Assembly (NCBI GenBank): GCA_018991295.1
Contig: JAGKSZ010000047.1
Location: 1 to 32,435, forward strand
Reading direction: 5' to 3'
Source of the DNA: Porphyrobacter sp.
GTDB taxonomy: Bacteria > Pseudomonadota > Alphaproteobacteria > Sphingomonadales > Sphingomonadaceae
Length of the DNA stretch: 32,435 bases
Both the position numbers and the translations under genes were made by a program. Below the pieces are notes generated by a model that saw nothing but the letters and a program-made list of their open reading frames with translations, was not told where the DNA came from and did no database searches. Positions 17,099-26,826 of this stretch are shown here, piece after piece (the stretch's first letter is position 1; every line of letters begins with the position of its first letter).

Positions 17099-17914
17099 TT
17101 GCCGATCAACGAGCCGCGCGGGTTCGCCGCGCTGGCTGCCCTGTGGCACGACGCCTCGCGGCGGCGCAAGCTGGCGAGCCTTGGCATCGCGCTTGCGCTT
17201 GAAGGGCTGATCCTGCTCGTGCTGCTGACGCTGGGCGCGAGCCTTGCGGGCGATCCGGAGGCACGGGAAAAGGTGACCACCTTCAAGGCGCAAAGCGTCG
17301 CTGAAGCCCCCGCGCCCCAGCCGGAGCAAAACGAAGAAAGCCCCGAGGATAGCCCCCAGCCCGATCAGCCTGTGACAACGCCGGTTGCGCCGATGCGCCC
17401 CTCGCCGCTGGCCCTGAACCCGCAGCCCGCTCTGCCCCAGCCGCCTCAGCCCCCGCAGCCGGAGCCGGAGCCGGAGCCCAGCCCGACCGCTGCGCCCGCG
17501 CGCCCCAAATCGACCATCGGCGCGCGCATCCGGCCCAATTCGGGCTATGGCCCCGTCGATACCGGCAATCCGCGCACTGTCGGCGATAGCGAGATGGTCG
17601 GCACCATGCCCAATGGCGAACCGCTTTACCGCGCCCGCTGGTATCGCGAACCGACCGAGCAGGAGCTCCTCGGCTACCTCTCGACCGCCACTGGCCCGGG
17701 ATATGCGCTGATCGCGTGCCGTGTGGTGCAGGGCTACTATGTCGAAGATTGCCAGTTCATCTCCGAAGGGCCGCAAGGATCGCAGATCGGCCGCGCCGTG
17801 CTGGCTGCGGCATGGCAATTCCGGGTGCGGCCTGCGCGCGTGGGCGGGCGCGAGCAGTTCGGAACATGGGTCCGGATCAGGATCGATTACACCGAACGGC
17901 GCGAGCGGCGTTAA
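17099..17914 (+). CDS. TonB-like membrane-anchored proline-rich protein
   Basis: N-terminal TM, Pro/Glu-rich linker (PEPEPEP), C-terminal domain with a Cys pair and GRAVLAAAWQFRVRPARVGG..WVRIRIDY. Confidence 0.65.
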   Translation: MPINEPRGFAALAALWHDASRRRKLASLGIALALEGLILLVLLTLGASLAGDPEAREKVTTFKAQSVAEAPAPQPEQNEESPEDSPQPDQPVTTPVAPMRPSPLALNPQPALPQPPQPPQPEPEPEPSPTAAPARPKSTIGARIRPNSGYGPVDTGNPRTVGDSEMVGTMPNGEPLYRARWYREPTEQELLGYLSTATGPGYALIACRVVQGYYVEDCQFISEGPQGSQIGRAVLAAAWQFRVRPARVGGREQFGTWVRIRIDYTERRERR

Positions 17915-19716
17915 CCGCTCAGGTGGTCGCGCACCACTGCGATGAAATCCGCCCCCCAGGTCTCCAGCTTTTTCGCCCCGACACCCGGAATCCGGCCCAG
18001 TTCGCCAAGCGTTTCGGGACATTGCAGCGCCATGTCGCGCAGCACCGAATCATGGAAGATGACATAGGCGGGCAGGCCGTGTTCACTTGCCAGCGCCTTG
18101 CGCCTCGCTCGCAGCGCCTCGAACAGCGGATTGCCGACCGGGTTGGGCGCATCACCCGACCCGCCGGCGCGTCTGCGATCGCTGCGGCTTCGGCGCTGGC
18201 GCAGCGGCGGCTCGGCGATGGTCACCCCGGCCTCGCCCTTCAGCACGGCCCGCGCCTCGGGACCGAGGGCAAGGCCGCCATGTTCGGTCGCACTCAGCAT
18301 CCCGCGCGCCACCAGTGCCCGCGCCAGCGGGCGCAGCAGGGGAGCCTCTGACGCGCCGACAATGCCGAACACCGACAGCTTGTCATGCGCACGCGATTCG
18401 ATGCGCTCGTCGCTCTGGCCGGTCAGCACCTTCTCGACATGGCCGATCCCGAAGCTCTGCCCGGTGCGGTAGACCGCCGAAAGGAGCTTGCGGGCCAGCT
18501 CGCTGGCCTCGATCACCTTGGGCGGCTCAAGGCAGTTGTCGCAATTGCCGCAAAGGTCGGCGGGGTGCTCACCGAAATGGCGCAGCAGGATTGCGCGGCG
18601 GCAAGTGGGTGCTTCGACCAGCGCGGCGAGCGCATTGAGGCGGGCATTTTCGGCCGGCAGGCGTTCCGGCTCGACCTCGCCCAGCCATTGCCGCGCCCGG
18701 GCAAAATCGGAAACGCCCCAGAACAGATGCGCCTCGGACGGGTCACCATCACGGCCTGCGCGGCCGGTTTCCTGATAATAGGCCTCGATCGATTTCGGCA
18801 GGCCGGCATGGATCACGAAGCGCACATCGGGCTTGTCGATGCCCATGCCAAAGGCGATCGTGGCGACCATCACCATGCTTTCCGAGGCGACAAACTCGGC
18901 CTGCACCTGCGCGCGGCGGCCCGGCTCCAGCCCTGCGTGGTAAAACCCGGCCTCGCGGCCTGCGCGGGTGATCGCAGCGGCGAGGTCTTCGGCCTGCTTG
19001 CGGCTCGGCGCATAGACGATCCCTGCCCCCTCCAGCCGCTGTAGCAATTCGGTGATCTGGCGCGGGCCATTGTCACGCGGGGTAATGGCGTAGCGGATAT
19101 TGGGCCGGTCGAACCCGGCGACGATCAGGCCATCGTCCGGGATGCCGAGTTGGCGCAGGATATCGAGCCGCGTTGCCTGATCGGCTGTCGCGGTCAGTGC
19201 AAGGCGCGGGACATCGGGAAAGCGGTCCAGCACCGGGCGCAGCATCCGGTAATCGGGGCGGAAATCGTGGCCCCATTCGGACACGCAATGCGCCTCGTCG
19301 ATGGCGAACAGGGAAACCTCAGCGCGTTCGAGCAGGCTCTGGAAGCCCGGCGTCGAGGCGCGTTCGGGGGCCACATAAAGCAGATCGAGCGCGCCGCTGC
19401 GAAATGCTTCGGCAGTGGCGGCATTGTCGCTATCGGCTGAGGTCATGGAGGCGGCACGGATGCCCGCCGCCCGCGCTGAGCGGATCTGATCGTGCATCAG
19501 CGCGATGAGCGGGGAGATCACCACCGCCGTGCCTTGGCGGGCAAGCGCGGGAATCTGATAGCACAGGCTCTTTCCCGCGCCCGTCGGCATCAGGGCAAGC
19601 GTGTGAGCGCCCGCCATCACGCGGCCAATCACCCCCTCCTGCTGCCCGCGAAAGGCGGGATAGCCGAAGGTGCGCTGAAGGATTTCATGACATTCAGGGG
19701 GCAGGGCCGCGTGCAT
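17911..19716 (-). CDS. recQ: ATP-dependent DNA helicase RecQ
   Basis: MPTGAGKSLCYQ, DEAHCVSEWGHDFRP, ATIAFGMGIDKPDVR, YYQETGRAGRDG, CGNCDNC Zn site, HRDC domain. Confidence 0.97.
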   Translation of the reverse strand: MHAALPPECHEILQRTFGYPAFRGQQEGVIGRVMAGAHTLALMPTGAGKSLCYQIPALARQGTAVVISPLIALMHDQIRSARAAGIRAASMTSADSDNAATAEAFRSGALDLLYVAPERASTPGFQSLLERAEVSLFAIDEAHCVSEWGHDFRPDYRMLRPVLDRFPDVPRLALTATADQATRLDILRQLGIPDDGLIVAGFDRPNIRYAITPRDNGPRQITELLQRLEGAGIVYAPSRKQAEDLAAAITRAGREAGFYHAGLEPGRRAQVQAEFVASESMVMVATIAFGMGIDKPDVRFVIHAGLPKSIEAYYQETGRAGRDGDPSEAHLFWGVSDFARARQWLGEVEPERLPAENARLNALAALVEAPTCRRAILLRHFGEHPADLCGNCDNCLEPPKVIEASELARKLLSAVYRTGQSFGIGHVEKVLTGQSDERIESRAHDKLSVFGIVGASEAPLLRPLARALVARGMLSATEHGGLALGPEARAVLKGEAGVTIAEPPLRQRRSRSDRRRAGGSGDAPNPVGNPLFEALRARRKALASEHGLPAYVIFHDSVLRDMALQCPETLGELGRIPGVGAKKLETWGADFIAVVRDHLSG

Positions 19717-19779
19717 TGCCGGCGGCCCTAACCCATGGCAGGCGCAAAAGGCACCCGCCGCAGCGTCACTATCGACGGT

Positions 19780-20331
19780 TTACCGGAGAGACGCCTTTTT
19801 CGCGGCCAGATCGACCACATCGCCCTTGGCTAGATCGGCGCCGCGGGTCGCAAGGGTGCCATCGGCGCGCTTGCCAAGGTTTTCAGGGCGCACCAGCCAC
19901 AGGTCCTGCGGCCCAAGAATCCGCCCGTCATGGGCGAGGATCGACACTGGCCCGATCGGCAGGCGATCCCGCTCGTCAACCAGCACCGGGTCTTCGACGA
20001 CCCGTTCATTGCCATATTTCTGCCCCCACTGGCGCAGCGCCAGCATCGCAGGCAGCAGATCCATGCCCTTTTCGGTCAGGCGATATTCGATCTTGCGGCG
20101 GTCATCGGCGCAAGGTTCGCGCTTGAGGATACCGTGTTCGACGAGCTTGGCGAGGCGGTTGGACAGGATGTTGCGGGCGATGCCAAGTTCCGAAAGAAAT
20201 TCCTCGAAGTGCTTGAGACCGTTGAAACTTGCCCGCAGGATCATGAAGGACCAGCGTTCCCCCATCACCTCAAGCGCCTGCGGCAGCCCGCATTCGATGA
20301 GCTCGCGCAGCGGTTCTCTCAAGTCACCCAT
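19780..20331 (-). CDS. HxlR-family winged-helix transcriptional regulator (start MGDLREP at 20331)
   Basis: CGLPQALEVMGERWSFMILR, GIARNILSNRLAKLVEHG, EYRLTEKG..LLPAMLALRQWG. Confidence 0.9.
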   Translation of the reverse strand: MGDLREPLRELIECGLPQALEVMGERWSFMILRASFNGLKHFEEFLSELGIARNILSNRLAKLVEHGILKREPCADDRRKIEYRLTEKGMDLLPAMLALRQWGQKYGNERVVEDPVLVDERDRLPIGPVSILAHDGRILGPQDLWLVRPENLGKRADGTLATRGADLAKGDVVDLAAKKASLR

Positions 20332-20406
20332 TGGCCTGTTTCCCTTCCCCGTCCGGGGCTGTGTGTAACCGATTTTCGAGGTCACACAAAAAAATTTCAG
20401 TTTTCA

Positions 20407-20465
20407 GTTGCAACTCACAACCTAATGGCATAGGTAGCGAATAGCAACTGGTTTCGAATCGAAAT
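20407..20465. promoter_or_regulatory. Three GTTGC-N5-GCAAC-like palindromes, probable HxlR operators
   Basis: GTTGC-AACTC-ACAAC (20407-20421), GTAGC-GAATA-GCAAC (20434-20448), GTTTC-GAATC-GAAAT (20451-20465). Confidence 0.5.
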
Positions 20466-20539
20466 GTTGCATTGCAAAATACGGTGACAGAGACCATGGG
20501 GCCCAGACCCCAAAAAACAAAAAGGCAAAGGATACCCCG

Positions 20540-20887
20540 ATGACCAACACCTTCTTCTCCCTCCCCCGTGGCGGCAAGTTCGCGATCCTGGCTTCGGCGC
20601 TGATCTACACCGGCGCGACCTTCGGCGTTGCCACCAGCAGCGCCCCGCTCGAAGCGGCCGGCCCGGCCTATTACAGCGCGACCCTTTCGGCTCCGGCCAG
20701 CGAAACGCGCTTTGTGGCGGGCGGGGGTGCCTGGACCTCCGAAGGCAGCACCTGTGTTGCCGCCAAGGCGAGCGCGCGCCCCTTGCGCATCTGCCGCGGC
20801 CTGAACCGCAAGTCGGGCGAAATCGCTGATTTCAAGGTGCTGGGCCAGCCGATCCAGTCCGAAGAACTGGCCAAGTGCAACGCGTAA
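20540..20887 (+). CDS. Small secreted protein, CC_3452-like family
   Basis: Signal peptide; YYSATLSAPA..VAGGGAW..G.TC..RP...C..L....GEI..F......ELAKCN pattern. Confidence 0.65.
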   Translation: MTNTFFSLPRGGKFAILASALIYTGATFGVATSSAPLEAAGPAYYSATLSAPASETRFVAGGGAWTSEGSTCVAAKASARPLRICRGLNRKSGEIADFKVLGQPIQSEELAKCNA

Positions 20888-20953
20888 GCGCGGCCTGACA
20901 CACTGTCCCTCTCTGCCCGGGCGTCCCCCTCTCCAACCGGGCAGAACTCCAAG

Positions 20954-20993
20954 AACCCCGGCGCGCCGTCCCCAAGGCGCGGCCGGGGTTTTT
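20954..20993 (+). terminator. Rho-independent terminator
   Basis: AACCCCGGC-GCGCC...GGCGC-GGCCGGGGTT stem followed by a T run, between convergent genes. Confidence 0.75.
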
Positions 20994-21052
20994 GATATTT
21001 CACGGACCCGCGCACCCGTCCATGCGGGCATCCTCGGTGCGGGTCTGGTGCC

Positions 21053-21655
21053 CTAGAGCAAGCCCGCCGCGATCAGCTGCGCTTCAAGGCTGGCGGGATC
21101 GGTGAACAGATGCGCGTCCCAGCCGCGCGCGCGGGCCGCCGCAATGTTGGCAGGATTATCATCGGTGAAGAACAGCGCATCGCCGCTGCGGCCGCTGCGC
21201 TGCTCGACGATCTCGTAGATCCGCACCTCGGGCTTGGCGACCTTCTCTGTGCCGGACACGATGATGTCTTCGAAGTGATCGAAGATCGGCTGGGTCGGAC
21301 GGAACGCCGCCCAGAACTCGTCCCCGAAATTGGTCAGGCAGAACAGCGGCACACCCGCCGCTGCCAGCCGTTCAACCAGCGCGTGCGAGCCTTCGATGGG
21401 GCCGGGGATAGTCTCGTTGAAGCGCGTCGCATAGGCGCGGATGTGGGCTTCATATTGCGGGTAGAGCGCGATGCGTTCAGGCACCATGTCGGCCAGCGCG
21501 CGGCCGCGATCATGTTCGAAATGCCATTCTTCGGTCACGACATTGGCAAGGAACCAGCCGAGCTCCTCGCGGTCCGTGATCAGCTTTTCGAACAGGGTGG
21601 CAAGCTGCCAGTGGAACAGCACCCGCCCGACATCGAACACCGCCGCTTTGCGCAT
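21053..21655 (-). CDS. HAD-superfamily hydrolase (COG1011-like; start MRKAAVFD)
   Basis: VFDVGRVL (motif I), LTNF (II), KP (III), FFTDDNPANI (IV). Confidence 0.9.
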   Translation of the reverse strand: MRKAAVFDVGRVLFHWQLATLFEKLITDREELGWFLANVVTEEWHFEHDRGRALADMVPERIALYPQYEAHIRAYATRFNETIPGPIEGSHALVERLAAAGVPLFCLTNFGDEFWAAFRPTQPIFDHFEDIIVSGTEKVAKPEVRIYEIVEQRSGRSGDALFFTDDNPANIAAARARGWDAHLFTDPASLEAQLIAAGLL

Positions 21656-21756
21656 CACGCCCTCAAACACCCGAACCCCGAAAGCCTGCGGCCCGCGCTC
21701 CGGTGAGGAGGCGGGCCGCCGAATTCTCCAGCCGCCCATCGGGCAGCTGCGCCGAA

Positions 21757-21882
21757 TTAGCCCTGACGAGCCTTGAAGCGACGATCGGTCTTGTTGATCA
21801 CATAGGTGCGGCCGCGACGACGGATCACGCGGTTGTCGCGGTGACGGCCCTTCAGCGACTTGAGGCTGTTGACGATCTTCAT
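21757..21882 (-). CDS. rpmJ: 50S ribosomal protein L36, type B (zinc-independent, YkgO-like)
   Basis: [41 protein letters not shown], no Cys. Confidence 0.96.
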   Translation of the reverse strand: MKIVNSLKSLKGRHRDNRVIRRRGRTYVINKTDRRFKARQG

Positions 21883-21985
21883 GGCGTTTTTTCCAAAAGC
21901 AAAGCGCGCCGGATCGGCTCCGACGCGCGGAAATTGAAGCGTGCCGTTAGCGATGCTGGCGGCGCAGGTCAATGCGAGTCTGTCT

Positions 21986-22996
21986 TCAGCCCGCCTGCAG
22001 ATCGCCCAATTTGCGCTCCCACGCCAGCGCATGGGCGATAATCGTGTCGAGATCGGCGTGCGCAGGATCCCAGCCAAGCGTCGCTTTCAGTCGCGAGGGA
22101 TCGGAAATCAGCGAATCGGGATCGCCCGCACGGCGCCCCTGGATGCGGCGATCGAGCTTGCGATTCGTCACCCGGTCGACCGCGTCGAGCACCTCGTTCA
22201 CCGAAAAGCCCCGGCCATAGCCGCAGTTCATGGTCAGCGAGCGTTGCGGCTCCGCAATCAGCGCCTCCAGCGTCAGCACATGAGCGGCGGCCAGATCGCT
22301 GACATGGATATAATCGCGCACCCCGGTGCCATCGGGCGTAGCGTAATCCGTGCCGAACACCGCCACCGATTCGCGCTTGCCGAGCGCCGCTTCGATGGCG
22401 ACCTTGATGAGATGGGTCGCGCCTGCAGTGGATTGCCCGCTGCGCGCCTGCGGATCGGCACCTGCGACATTGAAATAGCGCAGCACACCAAAGTTCAGCG
22501 GATGGGCGGCGGCCACATCAGCGAGCATCTGCTCGGTCATCAGCTTGGACCAGCCATAGGGATTGATCGGGCGCTGGGGCGTATCCTCGGACACGGCAGC
22601 GACATCGGGGATGCCATAGGTCGCCGCGGTCGAGGAGAAGATGAAGTGCGCCACACCCGCCTTGACCGCCGCTGCGATCAGCGCGCGGCTTTTGGCGGTG
22701 TTGTTCTCGTAATATTTCAGCGGATTTTCGACGCTTTCGGGCACCACCACCGATCCGGCAAAGTGCATGATCGCGCGCGTATTGTGCTCGGCAAAGATCC
22801 GCGCCAGCAGATCGGCATCGGCAATGTCGCCTTCGTAAAGCGGCACGCCATCGGGAATGGCAAAGCGAAAGCCGGTCGAAAGATTGTCGATCACCGCGAC
22901 CGGCCAGCCGGCATCGCGCAAGGCGAGCACCGCGTGGCTGCCAATGTAGCCCGCCCCGCCGGTCACGAGCACGCTGGGTTTGCTGTGTGTCATCAT
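21986..22996 (-). CDS. galE: UDP-glucose 4-epimerase
   Basis: [25 protein letters not shown] (YxxxK), [21 protein letters not shown]. Confidence 0.95.
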   Translation of the reverse strand: MMTHSKPSVLVTGGAGYIGSHAVLALRDAGWPVAVIDNLSTGFRFAIPDGVPLYEGDIADADLLARIFAEHNTRAIMHFAGSVVVPESVENPLKYYENNTAKSRALIAAAVKAGVAHFIFSSTAATYGIPDVAAVSEDTPQRPINPYGWSKLMTEQMLADVAAAHPLNFGVLRYFNVAGADPQARSGQSTAGATHLIKVAIEAALGKRESVAVFGTDYATPDGTGVRDYIHVSDLAAAHVLTLEALIAEPQRSLTMNCGYGRGFSVNEVLDAVDRVTNRKLDRRIQGRRAGDPDSLISDPSRLKATLGWDPAHADLDTIIAHALAWERKLGDLQAG

Positions 22997-23115
22997 CACG
23001 CGGCCCCTATCACACAATCGGATTAGAGAAATCTCAACTTGCAGCCGACATTCGCAGTCTGTCCTTGTTCAGGCACGCGGCGTATAGCTGGCAGGCCACC
23101 GGAGGAATCTGCGCC

Positions 23116-23751
23116 ATGTTCCACGCCCGCCTGCTTGCCCACCTTTCTGCCGCCGCCGCGCTGGCGCTGTCGGCCTGTGCCACCACGCCTTACACCGGAC
23201 CTGTGGAGGTCACCCGCTTTGTTGCGCCCGCCCCTTCCGGCCTTGGGCAGGGTACCATTGCCATCACCTTCCCCGACGAGGTCAGCAACGCGGCCGCGCG
23301 CACTGCCATTGCCGATGCGGTGCGGGCCGAACTGGTGCGGCTCGGTTACACCGTTGTCCCAGAAGGCGTTCCCGCACAGGCCACCGCTGCAATCCGCACC
23401 AGCCGCACGCCGATTGCCGCAGCGCCGGTGGAGCGGCGTGGGCCGGTGAATATCGGGATCGGCGGAGGCACCGGCGGCTTTGGCTCGGGCGTCGGCATGG
23501 GGATCGGCTTCAACCTTGGCGGCGGGCGCGAAGGGCCGGCGGCCAGCACCTTGCTTGAAGTGCGGATCACCGGGGCCGATGGCAATGCCCAATGGGAAGG
23601 CCGCGCGCAGATGGTGACCGGGGTCAAATCACCTTTTTCGCAGATCGGCACCTCGGCCCGCACGCTGGCCGCCGGGTTGTTCAAGGACTTCCCCGGTGGC
23701 AATGGCGAGACCGTGACGATTGACGCCAAGAAGCTTCAGGGAACCAAATGA
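23116..23751 (+). CDS. Lipoprotein, DUF4136-like
   Basis: GGAGG RBS before ATG 23116; lipobox LSAC; Gly-rich [19 protein letters not shown]; WEGRA. Confidence 0.75.
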   Translation: MFHARLLAHLSAAAALALSACATTPYTGPVEVTRFVAPAPSGLGQGTIAITFPDEVSNAAARTAIADAVRAELVRLGYTVVPEGVPAQATAAIRTSRTPIAAAPVERRGPVNIGIGGGTGGFGSGVGMGIGFNLGGGREGPAASTLLEVRITGADGNAQWEGRAQMVTGVKSPFSQIGTSARTLAAGLFKDFPGGNGETVTIDAKKLQGTK

Positions 23752-24887
23752 CATCTGTGTTTATCGACGCCGCCTTTGACAGCGGCAATATCGACGTTCT
23801 GGGGATTGCCGGAAACACCGCGCGCCTTGCGATCCGCCGCGACAACGCCTCCGAGTTCTTCCAGTGGTTCCACTTCCGCGTTTCAGCGCCTGCGGGCGAG
23901 GAGGTGGTGCTCAAGATCACCGGCCTCAATGCCAGCGCCTATCCCGGCGGCTGGCCGGACTATGACGCCTGCGTGTCCGAAGACCGTGACTATTGGGCGC
24001 GTGCGGCATCCACCTTCGACAAGGACGAAGACGGCGGCACACTGACCGTGCGTTACCTGCCGGCTGGCGGGGTGTTCTGGGTCGCCTATTTCGCGCCCTA
24101 TTCGATGGAGCGTCACCACGATCTGGTTGCAGAGGCGGCATCGGCCGAGGGGGTCGATTACATCCGCCTCGGCACGACGCTGGATGGCCAGCCGATCGAT
24201 TGCCTCGAAATGGGTGAGGGCGATACGCAAGTGTGGCTCTACGCCCGCCAGCATCCCGGCGAGACGCAGGCCGAATGGTGGATGGAGGGCGCGCTGGAGT
24301 GCCTGACCGATCCCGCCGACCCGGTGGCACGTGCCTTGCGAGCGAAATGCCGCATCCACATCGTCCCCAATTGTAACCCAGATGGTTCGCGGCGTGGGCA
24401 TCTCAGAACCAACGCGGTTGGCACCAACCTCAACCGCGAATGGGCCGAGCCCACCCCTGAACGCTCGCCCGAAGTGCTGGCGATCCGTAACCGGATGGAC
24501 GAAACCGGCGTCGATTTCGCGATGGACGTCCACGCCGATGAAGCGATCCCGGCGGTGTTCCTTGCCGGGTTCGAGGGCATTCCTTCGTGGAAGGAGGAAC
24601 AGGGCGCGGGCTTCTACCGCTATCAGGCGATCCTCGATCGCCGCACGCCCGATTTCCAAACCAAGCTCGGCTACCCCAAGGCCCGCCCCGGCACTGCCAA
24701 CCTTACCATGAGCACCAACCAGCTGGCCGAACGCTTCGGCGCAGTCGCGATGACACTTGAGATGCCCTACAAGGACCTGGCCGACTCCCCCGAGCCCGAA
24801 CAGGGCTGGTCACCGGAACGCTGCAAGCTGCTGGGCCGCGAATGCCTCGCCGCGCTGGTGGAATGGCTGGACGCCAGAGACGCCTAA
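23748..24887 (+). CDS. M14-family zinc carboxypeptidase (cytosolic type)
   Basis: FDSGNI, QWFHF, YFAPYS, ARQHPGE (HxxE), [21 protein letters not shown]. Confidence 0.92.
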   Translation: MTSVFIDAAFDSGNIDVLGIAGNTARLAIRRDNASEFFQWFHFRVSAPAGEEVVLKITGLNASAYPGGWPDYDACVSEDRDYWARAASTFDKDEDGGTLTVRYLPAGGVFWVAYFAPYSMERHHDLVAEAASAEGVDYIRLGTTLDGQPIDCLEMGEGDTQVWLYARQHPGETQAEWWMEGALECLTDPADPVARALRAKCRIHIVPNCNPDGSRRGHLRTNAVGTNLNREWAEPTPERSPEVLAIRNRMDETGVDFAMDVHADEAIPAVFLAGFEGIPSWKEEQGAGFYRYQAILDRRTPDFQTKLGYPKARPGTANLTMSTNQLAERFGAVAMTLEMPYKDLADSPEPEQGWSPERCKLLGRECLAALVEWLDARDA

Positions 24888-25306
24888 CCGAGGTGCGAGG
24901 GCCCGAAGGCGTGCGGCAGCAGCGCGGATAGCGTTACCCGCCGCACGTCATCCTTGCTCACGCACAGCACCAGCGGATCGGTGCCGCCGAGCGCCGCGAC
25001 TTCGTTGAGCACCTGACGGCAGCGCCCGCACGGGGTGATCGGCGCGCTGTCGGCTTTCAGCCCCACCACGGCCACCGCCGCCAATCCGCCGCGCCGCCCT
25101 CCGCCAAGCGCCTTGGCCACCGCCACGGTCTCGGCGCACAGGGCAAGGCCGTAGCTGGCGTTTTCGACATTGCAGCCGGTGATCACCGCGCCATCATCAA
25201 ACAGCAACGCCGCGCCGACGGGGTAATCGGAATAGGGTGCATAGGCGTTCTGCGCCGCGGCGTGGGCGGCGGCGATCAGGGCGGATTCGGTTTCTTGGGC
25301 CAGCAT
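24884..25306 (-). CDS. cdd: Cytidine deaminase
   Basis: [34 protein letters not shown]. Confidence 0.95.
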   Translation of the reverse strand: MLAQETESALIAAAHAAAQNAYAPYSDYPVGAALLFDDGAVITGCNVENASYGLALCAETVAVAKALGGGRRGGLAAVAVVGLKADSAPITPCGRCRQVLNEVAALGGTDPLVLCVSKDDVRRVTLSALLPHAFGPSHLG

Positions 25307-25314
25307 CGAAAACT

Positions 25315-25406
25315 CCGTTCGTGCTGAGCTTGTCGAAGCACTGCACTTTCTTTGGCGACATCAGAAAAGAAGAAAAACGGCCCTTCGACAAGCTCAGGGC
25401 GAACGG
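25315..25406. repeat. REP-like palindromic element
   Basis: CCGTTCGTGCTGAGCTTGTCGAAGC (25315-25339) and CCTTCGACAAGCTCAGGGCGAACGG (25382-25406) are near-perfect inverted arms around an AT-rich spacer; a widespread bacterial intergenic repeat type. Confidence 0.85.
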
Positions 25407-25422
25407 GTTTGGGTGATCCGGG

Positions 25423-26145
25423 CTACTTCTGCACCACCACCCATTCGACCGGCTCCGCGCTCGCTTCGGTCACGCGCGCGCTGTTGGCGCTCCATAGCAG
25501 CCAGGGGCGGCCCGCATAGTCCGGCCGCGCCCGGTCGCGCGCCAGCCACAGGTCCCGCGCAAGCGTGGTGGCGGTGCGGTGGCGGTCCTGAAAGACAGGC
25601 GAAAGCTTGAGGATCGCAGGCTTGCCCGCGTGCAGTTCGATCTGGTTGATCAGCGTCATCAGCTCGCTTTCGACTGCCGCATCGCTGACCTTGGGCTCGC
25701 ACGCCTCGGCCAGCCGTTCGAGCGCGATCGCAGGCGGCAGCAGGGCCGCGTCACGCGGAACCATCTGTGCGAACACCCCGCTCTGCGCATCGGCGCCAAG
25801 GCAGGGATCGAAGGGCAGGACCACACCCACCTGCAGGCCCGCCCGGCGCGCCGCGGCAAACCGATCGGCAAAGCCGCCGGGGCCATCGCCGCCCGCCCCT
25901 GATGCCAGCGGCAAATAGACGAACTGCGCGCCAATCGCCTTCAGCGTCTCGAAGCGCACCGGGATGGTGCCCGCAGAAATCAGCGCGCCTTGTTCGGGAT
26001 AGGCTTGCGGGTCTGGCCGCCAATCGCGCATGTCCCACCACAGCCAGGCGGCAAAGGCGAGGCCGAACAGCCCGGCCAGCACCGCCAGCCGCCACAACCA
26101 GCGCCGCGACGCGCCGCGAGTGCGGCTTCTGCCCCCTTTCGCCAT
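25423..26145 (-). CDS. Membrane-anchored GH25 (lysozyme M1)-like protein, catalytic acids apparently degenerate
   Basis: N-terminal TM; YP.QG, FVYL, AARRAGL.VG, LPPAIALE, IELHAGKPAIL, LWLAR, RPWLLW. Confidence 0.7.
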   Translation of the reverse strand: MAKGGRSRTRGASRRWLWRLAVLAGLFGLAFAAWLWWDMRDWRPDPQAYPEQGALISAGTIPVRFETLKAIGAQFVYLPLASGAGGDGPGGFADRFAAARRAGLQVGVVLPFDPCLGADAQSGVFAQMVPRDAALLPPAIALERLAEACEPKVSDAAVESELMTLINQIELHAGKPAILKLSPVFQDRHRTATTLARDLWLARDRARPDYAGRPWLLWSANSARVTEASAEPVEWVVVQK

Positions 26146-26154
26146 GCCCGCCCC

Positions 26155-26688
26155 TCAGCCCTTGATGTGCAGCACGCAGATCAGCGTGAACAGCCGCCTT
26201 GCGGTGGCAAAATCGGTTTCGACCTTGCCTTCAAGCCGTTCGAGCAGCAGTTCGGCGGCATTGTTGTGGATGCCGCGCCGGGCCATGTCGATCGTCTCGA
26301 TCTCGGCCGGGGTCGCCTTGCGGATCGCCTGATAATACGAATCGCAGATCGCGAAATATTCGCGGATCGGGCGGCGGAAGCGGGCCATGCCGATCAGCAG
26401 GGTTTCCAGCAGCTGCTCGCCCGTATCCTTGATGTCCATCGCCAGCCGTCCGTCGGTGACCGACAGGTGGAGATGATAGGGCCCGCTCGCTCCGCGTTCG
26501 GCGCTGCGGACCGGCTTGAAGGTGTTTTCCTCGATCAGGTCATAGATCGCAACGCGCCGTTCCTGTTCGACATCGGCATTGCGCCACAGGATCGTGGCCT
26601 CATCGAGCGTCACCTGCGCAATGCGCTGCGCCCCCGCGGCGCCGGGCGCGGGCGAAAGGGGCAGGGAATCGGGCGGCGTATCAGCCAT
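26155..26688 (-). CDS. UPF0262 family protein
   Basis: VEQERRVAIYDLIEEN.F.P, GPY.L.L, YF.ICDSYYQAI, IETIDMARRGIHN, DFATARRLFTLICVLH. Confidence 0.9.
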   Translation of the reverse strand: MADTPPDSLPLSPAPGAAGAQRIAQVTLDEATILWRNADVEQERRVAIYDLIEENTFKPVRSAERGASGPYHLHLSVTDGRLAMDIKDTGEQLLETLLIGMARFRRPIREYFAICDSYYQAIRKATPAEIETIDMARRGIHNNAAELLLERLEGKVETDFATARRLFTLICVLHIKG

Positions 26689-26742
26689 GACGCCCTGCCT
26701 TCGCAGATCGAAGGGGGCGACTTCAAGCACTTCAACACACTC

Positions 26743-26757
26743 TCCCCACTATCCACA
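26743..26757 (+). promoter_or_regulatory. DnaA-box-like site upstream of dnaB
   Basis: CTATCCACA (26749-26757, one mismatch to TTATCCACA) abutting TCCCCA (26743-26748). Confidence 0.5.
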
Positions 26758-26826
26758 GCGGGCGAAATAAATATTGCCACCCTCAGCCCTTGCGCAAAAG
26801 GGGGTCGCGCGCGCATCAGGCGGCGC

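Noticed and set aside
17459-17478. CCGGAG tandem repeat
   Set aside because: Simply encodes the PEPEPEP linker of the TonB-like protein
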